Of a DNA stretch of 64,000 nucleotides, positions 12,401-24,504 are shown piece after piece (the stretch's first letter is position 1; each line of letters opens with the position of its first letter). This DNA is from Setoptus koraiensis (taxonomy: Eukaryota > Animalia > Arthropoda), in assembly GCA_048013815.1 (NCBI GenBank), contig CM106586.1:23808001-23872000 (forward strand), in the 5' to 3' direction. A model generated the notes under the pieces. It did not search any database, was not told where the DNA came from, and saw only the letters and a list, made by a program, of their open reading frames with translations. The position numbers were made by a program, and so were the translations under genes.

Positions 12401-13690
12401 TGCCATTGGTTGGCTTGGCGTGCCGGTCAGTGCATTTCAACTAGAGTGTTTGTGTTGGTTTGTATGTGCGGTCACAGTGGCCTTATGAGCGCAGTTGGGC
12501 ACTGGATGCAATTGGATTGAATGGCGGCTCAGTGCGATGCGTTCAATCCAACGGCAATGGCAATAATAATTAGATTAGTCGCTATGGCCACAACCACCAT
12601 CAGTTGCCATGTAACAGCGTGTCTGTCCGGACTGATGGTTGCGTAACAAGCCAACGAAAAGTACATGACTTGATGCGACACTCGCCTGTTAATACTTGCA
12701 ATACTTGCAATACCTGCAATACAGTTACTAATGCGGTGCACCTACAATATCAATAGAGTATCAATAGAGCGCAGTCATAAACACGAGATTGAGTGAGTGA
12801 AAGTGAACCCGTTGACTTTTGCAAACCCGTTGACTTTTGACAGAGTGCAAGTTTGCAAAGAGCGCGCTCACATCCAAGGAACGCGATGATCAAATGAGCG
12901 GCATTATTATGTAACAGCGGGCATTCAATTAGTGCTGTTCATGCACTCACACACGTGAACGGGCAAACTCGCTGCATGGCACTCTTGTGAGTCACAGGCT
13001 CGCCAGAACAGCAATTGAATTAGCGGCCACATTAGCATAAGCACGAACAACAACAACAACAACAACAACATTGAACATTGAATTGAGCGCGGCGCAACAG
13101 GTTGCGGGCCGCCAGTTGACACGCTGTCGCTGTCGTTGTTGCTGTTGTTACTGTCGCTGTCGCTGTTGTTGTTGCCGCTGCTGTTGTTGCCGCTGCTGTT
13201 GATATGCCACTGATTGCGTTCAAGTTCGTGCCACACTCTTTACATCTCACGACTGTCGAGACCGTTTTGGCGAGCGACAGTTCGTTTGGCAGGCAATCGG
13301 CGGACAGCGTTTTAAATCAATTTCCAGTGGCTGGCGCCGTTGTCGGTGGCGCGGCTCGCAAACTGATAAACTGACAACGAGAAAATCTGATTGCCGGCCG
13401 TACGGCTGGCACATTGTGTGCTGGCTTGTCACATTGTCTGTCCGCCTGACAACTCTGGCGCTTGCGAGCCAACGAGACAGAGCTGTCAAACGCGAGCGGC
13501 TCAAACATAATGAAACATAATGAAACCTGTGAAACGTTGCGACGCGAGCTTCACCCCAACCGGCCACTCTGACGCGAATCCGCCAAATCTGTGCAAATCG
13601 ATGGCTGCGCCAGTTCATGCGCCGATTCATGCGCCGATAAAGAACAATATGCAGCTTACGCAACACTCGTCGGCCGCTAACCGTTGTTGT

Positions 13691-13722
<32 letters not shown>

Positions 13723-16700
13723 CTGTCGTTGTTGTTGCTACTTCCGATAGGTCGGACAGTTATCGAGTTGCATGGACAGGCTACTGGCTGGCCAGCGCAG
13801 TCGCATTGGTGTGTCACAGGTATCAGCTGAGTGTCAGGTATCAGCTGAGTGTCAGGTGTGTATGAGTCGGTTGCAAAATTGTTTGGCTGTCAAGAGTCAT
13901 CTCACAATCACAATATTGTCAGGTAACACACAGGTAAGTGGCTGCTTGAGCAAGTGTCACCTATTGTTGCCACCATCGGCGCCACTTGTTAGTGGCAGCC
14001 ACTGTCAGCTGACTCATGCTCATGATATCTCAGCTGACACTCATGATATCGCAGCTCATGCCTGTCGAAGCGCCCCCAAAATTATTCTTGCTGCCTTATT
14101 CTTGCTCACCTGGCCACTATTGGCCAATATCCGCGCATTTCCACTTGTTCGCCTGTCGCTGCTGCCTGCCGTGAATGGCGTGAATGCCGTGAATGCAATA
14201 TCCGAATATCGCACAACAGTGACCAGGCCGTAAACACACACACACTCTGTGACTTTATGACACCGGCGATATTAATTTTGCCAGCTTAGATTTGCCAGCG
14301 TCTCTCGCAAGCCTCTAACAAGATTGTGAGGTGGCTGCTGTTGCGCTTTTGTGCCGCTACGCTGGTGTTATTTCCAATGTGCGTCCATTGCGTCACTGCA
14401 TTATTACGTCGCTGGGTCGTTGCATCATTGCGTCGTTGCGTCGTTGCGTCGTTGCCTCGTTGCATCATTGCAGCAAGCACAACAAGTGTGATAAGTACGG
14501 CGAGTATAATGAACAGATGATATCATCACCGGCCGGCCATCGGATGAGCCTGTGATTTCTCTCTACATTCCGCATGACATATAAGGCGCCCTCCTGATCG
14601 CTCATGCCCAATCGCGCAATCTTGCGCTCAGCCGCTCGCTCATCTCGCCGAGCTCATGCGAGTGGCCATGCCAACTGACGACCGACGACCGGCGACCAGC
14701 GACCGGCGACAACATTATCATATATCACCCACAATACACGGCATGTCAGCCACAATTTAGCGTATATCACCGGCTCACGGTGCGTTTGGGCTCGCAAGCG
14801 CACTGTGAGCGGGCAGCGGGTGGATTCGGTTACAAGTTGCAGCCACTTTTGCAGTTATCACACTCATCGTCATTATTATATATTATTATCGCCACTATGC
14901 TGATGGCGACTCGTTGCTTGTGCTCGGTGAATGCATTTGCGTCTGCTGCAAATCGCTGCTCACATATATCGCTGTTTACATGTATCACTGGTTACATGTA
15001 TCGCTGTATATGGCGAGCACACGCCGAGACTGACTGAGGTGTCTATGAGTCGACCATTAGCCGGCGTCTTGGCGAGACCGGTAGCGGTCGTATTTCATCG
15101 TCGTGAAAATGACTATTATCACGCTGATTATTGTGGCGAGTTTACGCTAGAACACACACAAACAACAAGTGGCTGGTCTGACAGTGGCGCTGGCAAGCAA
15201 GGTGTATTGTTCCATTAAGTTGTTGCGAGTTGCTCGAGCGCCGATGAGACGCCAACACAACAACAACACAACAACAACACAACAACAACGACAACAACAA
15301 CAAATCATGAGCACCGATAAAGTGGCCACAGTCGCTGCTGCTGAATGCATCATGCTGATCATTAATGTTGGCCAGTTATTATCATCATTATTGTTGTTCA
15401 AACAAACAAACAAACAAACAAGCCAGAGAAAGCTTGGCACAGGTCGCAAGCAAGTGTTGCGCACAATTTATGGCAGCTCGTTTCTTTCTTGTCGACTAAA
15501 TGACTCGACTAATGAAGCGTGCACAGCTACTAGTCAAGTGCAACTCATCATCGACCTGGCGACTCTCGATAAAGTCAATGTGACACAAAACGACACAAGC
15601 GCAATCTGACGTGCAACATGTCGGCGAGCTCGCCATTTGTCGACAGGCTTGTCGGCGGCACGACGAGCAAACACGAGCTCGCTGGCATCATTAATGATTA
15701 ATTGCGTTCGCTCACTATATGCCGACATTTGCTCGTTTGCTGCACTTTATTTGACTTTCGCTTTCACTTGGCACTTGTTGAGCGTCACATCGCGAGCTGA
15801 TATAGGGTGTCTCAATCAAGCGGGCCTGTTTCTACAGATTATGCTACGCTACCTTCCACAGTGCATTGTCTTCACACAAACACTGCGCGCTGCTTCCAAT
15901 GTGCACCGATGGTTTATGAAATATCCAACAGAGGCGCTGCTCACACTTTGTTCAACGAAGAATGCACTGCAGCGCGGCTCTCGTGGACTTTTTGTAAACT
16001 AATTTAGGTGCATCAGAAAAACCTGTGCCGCTTGAATCGCACAGTTCGTGCGTAAGCTTGACTTTGAGCGTGTTTATTGTCGTGGTACAACAGCAGCACA
16101 TAAAACTACTTTGCACTGTCTGTGCTTGTGTGCTGCACATGTGTTTCTGGACTATGCTGGCTTGATTAAGACACCCTATACTTTTACTCGTCGCCACACT
16201 TTTGCGCTCGCACCTTTGCTTTAATGTTACATGCCAAACAAAGCAGCTTGCTGTTGCGTAACTGCTCGACAGACTAACCGACCGGCAGACAAACAGGCAG
16301 ACAAACAGGCAGACAAACAAGCGGACAAACAAACTGACAAACAGACTGACAAACACAAACCCACTGACTGCATAAATGGCTGCCAGGCTGATTGATGAGC
16401 CCACCAAACAAACGGATAATAATCGTTGATACGCGATACTCAGCGAGCCATTAATTCAATTGTGTGATGCGTCATCGCCTCTCGCGAGCTTGCCCACATT
16501 AGCTTGCCAACATTTTGTTGTTGTTTGTTGTCGGCTGACATTCACCTATTCGTATTATCATTGATAGTATAAGTTATACGCTGTTGTGCTAGCGTTCGTA
16601 TTGTTCGCAATCATCGCGGTCCATATATTGTCCGCCAAAAGTGCCCCGCCTGTGCGGTTATTTCGCCGCTCGGGTATTGGGGTGTTCGGGGTCAGGGTGT

Positions 16701-18806
16701 CACAGTAATCATAATGCAGGCATTATCACAAATGTGTGTCTCTACAATTGGGCGAAATGCTGAGCTTTACATAGACCAACGGCGATAATTGATATGCCAG
16801 ACATAAATATTACATAACCAACAAACGAGAGCATGACTCCAGCAATATCTAGAGCAAGATAGCCAGATAGTCAGTTGTAAAGTGCAGCAATAAAAGTGCT
16901 GTTGTTGTGGTTGCGTTGTCGTCTAATGTACTGATATACTAATACTGATATACTGATATCCTAATGCTAACATACTGATATACTAATACTAATATACTGA
17001 TATATTAATACAGCACCAATTTATCAACTCGAGCAGCTAACGCAACCGTACCCAACAATAAATTTTGCCTATTGTTCGCGCTGAGCAATACATTTTATTG
17101 CCATCGCACTATGGTTTGTTATCTGGCAACAACCAAATTAACGAATGCACAAATATCAGATCAAATACAGATCAAACTCAGATATGATCAATTCACATCG
17201 ATGGTGAGCCGGCTAACGACAAACCAACAACGAGCGTCAGGTTCAATATCAATAGTAGCGGCGCCAACATGGACAAACCGATGGATAGATTAATCGAGAG
17301 AAATTTTCGCTACGACTTTCGCTATTGGAATTACTCCGAAATTTTTTCTCTCTAATAAAAAATTATCTGGCGGAAACTCTGAGGGAAATGCACCAAGCTC
17401 TGTGGGAAATATACGGAAATGTGAGGAGATTGCCCGAAAACGTGCGGAGTTTGCAGAAATGGCCCGAAGAATTGCGGAAAGATCGCGAAGAATTGCGCGA
17501 AAATTGGAGGAACATTTGCGAAAAATGTGAGAAATTGCGCGAGGAGTGGAGGAAATTGATGGAAATGGTCGGAATTAAAGCAAGATGAAATGTGTAGATT
17601 GCATGCACTCACCTCAAACACGTCGCCGGAGCATATTCTTGCGAAGCCCTGGATGCTCCTGATTTGCAGCATGAAGGTGCCCATGAGCGACTCGAGTTCT
17701 AGTTCAATTTTGTCTATGGTTTCCATGAATTCTTTGATGCTTGCTTTGGCAATCTTACTGTTAATGGTGCCATTGGATAGTGCCGAGGCCAAATGAGTTC
17801 TAGAGGACGTTAGTTTGCCTAATGAGGCCGATGAGAGCGACGCCGACGATAGTGCGTAAGCTCGCGATATGGTGCGCACACTTTGGCCCATTTTTAAATG
17901 TAACAAATAAGTGTCACGAAGATCGTGCAATCTCATTAATTGATTTTCTAATTGTTGAGCGTATTTGTAGGCGATTTTTGTTTGTTGTTCCAAATCGAGC
18001 GTGACAGAGGACGAGGTGGACGACGAGTGATGCGAGGCGGCCGACAAACTGTAATTGTCCGCGTCGCCTTTCACCCTGGCCGCTATGTTTGATTTGCCAG
18101 ATAGCGAGAATTGTCTGTGTGGCTGTGACGGCTTGCGACTGTTGTTGCTTTTGTTGCTGTTGTTGTTGTTGCTGGCGTGTATTGGGTGATGATCGTAATT
18201 GTTGATTATGTAATGATTGAAACTTTTGCTTTTTCTGGACGCTGCACACTGATCGATGACCATGTCGTTGGCTAGCGATTGGCTGTTGCACAAGTTGGCG
18301 TTTGCGTTGCTGTTGCTGGCCGCCGTGGATGCGGCCGACGTTGACGAGGACGAAAAGGAATTCTTGAGATGATCACTGGCTGATGATTGGCTCGAATTTG
18401 CCGAGGGCCGCTGATAGTCGTGCATGCCGTAGTTGTAATAATTGTTGTTGTTGTTGCTCGCCGTTGTTATGCTGTCCATGTCGTAGTCGGGCGCATCTAT
18501 GGCTATGGATGCGCAATTGTAATTGTTGTAATTGTTGTGGTGATGCTGCTGCTGCTGTGATCTATGGCTTGCGCACTGAATTGTGGAATTATGTAATTGA
18601 ATGGGAGTTGGGGCGCCGCCGGACGCGTTACTGTTGTGCCGAGAACAACAACATTGCATCGATTGCACACTGACCGTCTTCAGGGCCCGCTGCTGCTGCT
18701 CGCTCTCCTCAATGTCCGACTGGGCCAACCGGATGCACTCAACGAGGCCCGCAGCGACGGCGTCAAACATGACGAGAGTGCGCTCGTTTGATAATTGACT
18801 GGCCAT
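6470..18806 (-). CDS. RIPOR: RIPOR/FAM65 family protein, N-terminal (PL48-type) region, ~517 aa; exons 18806-17613 and 6829-6470, intron 10,783 bp
   Basis: Exon 1 ends ELESLMGTFMLQIRSIQGFARICSGDVFE|GTGAGT. Exon 2 starts tatag|ITIKYG and continues to SECKGLGKKVLLGNKLCETKDLF...INLNQ-type GSIKLNLVVTWNP. The phase-0 join reconstructs the RIPOR pattern GFARLCPGDQYEIFMKYG...CETKELF...GTIKLNLEITW. Additional 5' exons are possible. Confidence 0.85.
10124..10168 (+). repeat. 3 x 15 bp tandem repeat (ACCGACACTGACATA)
   Basis: Read directly from the sequence. Confidence 0.9.
11516..11595 (+). repeat. ~5.7 x 14 bp tandem repeat (AAAAGTTTCGACTG and variants)
   Basis: Units start at 11516, 11530, 11544, 11558, 11572 and 11586. 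Confidence 0.9.
16284..16355 (+). repeat. 6 x 12 bp tandem repeat, each unit ending GACAAACA
   Basis: Read directly from the sequence. Confidence 0.9.
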
Positions 18807-21800
18807 TGTCTCATTAGTTGATAATTGACGTAATTGGTTTAATTGGTTGGTTGGCTGTTCATTTAGAGTGATCTCACCATCACATTTCACACATGCCAAT
18901 ACGCGTAAATGTTCACATGAATAATAAATGTTGTCGAGCCGGTATTGTTGTTGTTGTTCACCATTCGATCAGCTAGCGCCACCACAAAGACGCCATTCAG
19001 TTTGTCAATGTTGAATATCTCTTTTCGTGTCAGCTCGCCACTAAATGTTTCAATTGTTGTTGTGTCTCAACTCGCTTGCCGTGTGTTTTAATTAGTCGAT
19101 TAATGATGATAATATTTTATGTCGTCACTCCATAGGCACTTGTGTGAATGCCAAACACAGTTTGTTTATGCCACCATTTTGCTTATTATACGAGTTGTAT
19201 AATACAACCACCACCGACAACAACAAGTGCAGTGCGCGTCAGCGTTTGCGCATCACAAAGCTCATGTTTGTGTTGCCTCGACTGCCACCTGTCTGACACT
19301 TTTCTCAACTCCACTCCCCCGCACATACAAATTCTCAAAGTGCACTTGTCGCGCTCGACACATTTGTCCCTTGTACCCCGCTCACCAACAAAATACAAGC
19401 TCACCAATGGCATAAACACAACCGCAAAAGCCATTCGACGGGATAAATGGGCAGCGTACTTTGGGCATTTTCTTGTAGGCAGCTTCACCCGGCAACATCT
19501 TTTCTCCTAAAGTTTGTAACAAACTCTGTTTGGCACTGTTTCAGGGTGCTTTCCACAACTTGCCACCATTCAAATGAACAACGGCAATAATGCATAATTT
19601 GCATAATGTGAATTCACGCTCGCTCTCGCATGACAAATCCCACGTGACTTGTGCGACTCACGCGATTTCCGGTCCGGCAGTCAAGCACTCGATTGTTGTC
19701 ATTGGTGCTTACTTAAATGTATTACACAAATCGTTAGATAAATTCATTTTGATGGCAAATCGTCGCTGACAAGTTGCCCTTTGCTGGCTAGACTATCCAG
19801 CCTCTTCCAAAATGAATCACAACGATCAACTGTTACAAGAGTCCATCGCCAATTGCTTGCCGATAATTCTAATTGTTTTGTGAACTTATTCTGTTCACAA
19901 AATTTGTGACTGATAACTCTCTAGGTTATCACTAATAATAAATTATTATTAATTAATAGGCATCAGGTATTGGCCATTGTGTCAAGTGTTGTGTGCATGA
20001 GCCTCAAATAGTCTGAAATAGTCTCCCCATTGTGGTCTCCTCAAGCTACCCATATCGAATGAAGGTCGTCCATTCAGTGGACATTTGGGCAGGTACAAAC
20101 TTTTAGAATGTCATTTATCTTTCACCGGATCAATACCAATGAAGTAAACATCGTCTTGCTAGCAAATCTTGATTGTTGTGAAGCTGGCTTCTGGCTTTTC
20201 TGGCCGCTCACATAGTGAAAGTTGAGAGTTGCTTGTGACGCACTGCTAATCGTCTAATGAATAATGTCAAGGAGGCCAGATAAATCAAATCTGATTTGGG
20301 TGTCAAATCGTTAGTTACAAGTTCAGTTGACAAGTACACGAGCATCATTTTTAGCATCGTCACCAGCTATTATAAATCACATTAAACTAGTCACGTACTT
20401 GGGTACAGTTTATCAAGTCGACATTGAATAAACAGAGATACATTGACTGAGAGATAACTCATTCATTTGGGTGAATCATCAATCATCTATCACTGATGTG
20501 ATATCATCAAATATAATTATCATTTTTTAGTCACAGTGAGCGTATTGAGTTTTGACAAACGACTTGGGATCAAGTTTGCGTCAACTTTTGATGCTCTCTC
20601 GAGACTTGAGTCAGTCACGAGAGTAAGTCTCATAAATGAAGGAGAAAATTTTGTTTGTTGTTTGCTTCACCCGATCACCCGATTGCTGCGAACATTCAGA
20701 ATATTTCGAGCATTATAGATAATATCTGACAGATATCCCAGATATTCCAAGCAGCACAACCAACAACCGAAAAACAAACCAGCACAATCGGTTGGAAGCA
20801 AGTTGTTGACTTGATCAATGAAGGAAATCCGTTTTCAATTGAGCAATTCAATTGTGTTTCTACACAGTGCTTGCCAACGTAATATTATTGAATGCCGGTT
20901 AATCAAATCTCGGTAATACTGTGTGTTAATTTTGCGCATACCTAATTAGCTTGTTGTTTGTATCACCAGTACACTAGCATCTCTGGCTTGTCCGTTGGAT
21001 GGTGGTGGAAAATGTTGCAAAGGTGAGCCACAACTTATCATCGGCTGAGTGAATTGACTCAGTGTCTGTGATTATTACGTTACTTGTCAATCTATTTATT
21101 ACGTTGTTTGGGCATGTATAGCAGCATTATTCGCCATTATTCTTTGAGCAGTTGAAGTGGGTGCTGCACATCCAATCAGCTATGGAATTTCTAGTTGGAC
21201 CGTCCAAATTATGGACCTCATGGTGTCATCATAATTTGCATACCATTTGCACATGTAAACAAAGCAAATAATTAAATACAATTAAATACATAAGCTTGCT
21301 ATGAACAGCAACAGTGAATCTAGCCGGCAAGCTCGTCATCGTACAATAGCCAGTCAATTGCGTCATCATTTATTGATTGTTTGAATCATTGTCAAGTGAC
21401 AATTGTGAGACAATGATTCAAACATTGGCTCAATTGTGAACAAAAAACAAAACAATCGATGGCTGATCGGTCAGCTATTACACAAGTGGCATCAACATGC
21501 GAGAAGATGCTTTGTTTTTGGAAAAAATTTCGATTCTGTGCCAAAATTGCTGGCTATTAGTTTTCTTGTTGATTGCAGCAAACTAATAGATTTGACAGAT
21601 TGCCGGTGAGTGAGCGAAGCAATGAATTTTCTCATGGCTCATCTCGACTAATGTACACTTGTTGTTTCAAGCTGTTGTAGCTCAAACCTAACAAGCAATT
21701 CGTTACAAACAATAAGCAATAGTTAGTTGGTTGTGTCAGTTGGCCACTTATGGCCATTACATCATCACTGAAACAACAAGCTAACAACGGCGCTTGTTTG

Positions 21801-24137
21801 CCCGGCGTGCACATATGTTTTACACAGGCTGCAATCAACTTGTTGGGAGGTCGCATCATCATATCGCATAATATTTATATATGCGTTTGATGGCTAACAC
21901 AACCGGCAGCGATATAACAGTAATTGGTGATATTTCCTCATTTGATCATTCGCTAATGGTGTAGAGTGCTGCCTTTTTCGCTAGATGGCCATTTACTGCG
22001 ATGCGAACAGCCTCCACAAAAGGTAAATATTGGAAACGATTGGCGATTTATTAACAAAATAATAATATTGTTCAATGTAATCCGTTGTACTGGCAAGATG
22101 CTGATGCTGATGATGATGTAATATGTAAAAAAGAAACGGAAGTGTGCCAACATAACACAGTCTAACCGTTTGAGTCAAACGACAACAAGGCAATCGGCGA
22201 GCATGGTGGCCGCATCGGAACAGTATGCGTGATTTGCAGCAATCATTGTGAATCAATTATTATATTATTATTATCATTATTACAAACTCATGTAATGCTC
22301 ACGTTGACCGGCAACAATATCAAACAAATAGCAGCGAACAGAAAGCAAACAACAAACAGGCTGCACAAACGGACAAACAAATATATACATGTAATAAATG
22401 TACAATTTGTACAAACAAGCCATCGTGTAAGAGGCCGCGCGCAACAATCCAAACTCTGACAGTTGAGAGAGACCCAACTCGTTGATGCTGGACAAGACCG
22501 ATACAGCCAAACGCAAGACCGTATCAGCGGCCAAACGCAAGACTGCCAACTGGCAGTAACAAGTAATGATAAGAATAATGCCAAATGAACAATTTGAAAC
22601 AATTGCCCAAAAAGAACAAGCCGAAACGAAGAGAAATTATTCGCACAGGCGGCAAAATCGATTCCTATTGATTCGTTTCGTTTCTTCGAATTGTTGTTTC
22701 GTTGTGTTGCGTTTCGTTTCATTTGGCTTCGTTTCGGGCCGGCTCGTTGCTACTCCGTGTCCAATGGCAACCAGCGTACACACAATCTATCCTGCTCAGG
22801 CCGGCAAAGAATGCAAATGCAACTGACAATTGCGAGATAAATAATAATAATAATAAAGAGTTTTCCCTCTCTCCCTGTGCCTCCCTTTCGAGTTGCCCAT
22901 TGCACTTTGATGACACACTCGACAAACAAGTGCCGTACAAACAAGTGCATTATATAAACACATAATGCAAACAAAACAGTTTCTTTTTGCCAACAATACT
23001 GCAACAAAAACCCAACAGATCTATTTATGTTGCGCAACCACCAACAATGCGCTGGCTTGGTGATGCTTTATTTCATTTGTTGTGATTTAATCTGGCGCCG
23101 GCCCGTTCCATTCGATCTCGTTATGCATTTATTCCGGTGGCCAATCAAGTCAAAGTCAATTGGCTCGCATTTGATACGAGCAGTCTAATTTGTGCAGTGG
23201 CAAGTGAATAACAACTCTCGATCGTTCCCACTATCGCCTGCTAACAAGTGTAACTATGACAACCACCACTGACAACAACACCAAAAATGCTCTTGTTGTT
23301 GTAACCTTTGTTGCTGCTGTGAGAGCTGTGAGAGCTGGTCAGCTCATTGGTCGGCTGTGAGAGTGACCAATAAGATAGTAACAAGATATTGAAAAAAATG
23401 TGAACGCACAAAATCTTGTGCATTTTTGCTCTCAATCATTTCCCTATCGAGATCGATTGAACTTGAATTGTTTGCACGCATACCGGTCAGTGGCTAGTGG
23501 ATTGACCATGCAAAACTTTTGTACAACTTTTGTGTAACACTCAACGATGTAGCCACCAGAACAACAAGTGTACGTATAAGACTTTACAAAATTTAAACGA
23601 GTTGTTAGTTGTAGTTGAATGTAGAACCAACTCTGACACATTCTGTCCATATAATTGTTGTCTGCAGTTGAACGATATCTTCTGAAATGAATCATCTGAC
23701 ACTGAATGCCTCCAGTATCTAACTTGTGCGCCCTCACGATTGCAGTTAATAAGAAGAAGAAAACACCGGAAATCCGCTGATATCTATTGATAATTTTCGA
23801 AAATATTTCATGGAGCTCCCTTTACGCCGCCACTGACAGAATTAAGTTCAAATATGCAGACAAACATATCGTCGCCAGTAACATATTCTCCATAAGATAA
23901 GCGCGTTAACAATATTATGAAATGCGAAATAAAAATAAAAATACAACTGGACATGGGTTAGCCATGGATCGCAATCCAGTGATTCAGCTGAAAAATAAGT
24001 TAGCGCATAAATGGTAAATGGGATTCGAAGCGTCCATTCAAAGCTGACAAATGTAGGCAAATCGATAATGTGATAGCGCATAATTAGTAGAATATATTCT
24101 GACACCAGTCAGAATCTAAGTGAGCGATCATTCAACC

Positions 24138-24504
24138 ATGTCTGTGAACGATGCTCTCAATAACGATTGCCTCGGACTCATATTCGGATATTTTCTCAAC
24201 TGTCTTGTCACTGCGTGTTAAAAACTCAAAATCTCTCAACACTTTGAATCAAATGATTGGATTTAAACCGGTATGTGAGTGATGGGGTCCCATTAATACA
24301 CAATGGACCGACTGGCTAGCCAGCAGTCCGAATGAGTGGCGGGCAATTACGGAGGTGGCGCCTCCTGGTAGTGAGCGTGACGACGAAATTTCAATCGTCG
24401 TGATAAACAAGTTGAAAAATAGATGGCGCACCAGTTGTGGTAAAATTATCACTTGCATAGTGAGCGATATTTATTACACTATACTATACAATTTTGTACT
24501 ATGA
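24138..24504 (+). pseudogene. Possible F-box-like gene remnant (1 frameshift, 1 in-frame stop)
   Basis: MSVNDALNNDCLGLIFGYF, then in the +1 frame ...KPVCE*WGPINTQW..., resembling the F-box pattern L.DD.L..IF...VC..W. The IF-to-VC spacing is longer than canonical. Confidence 0.3.
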
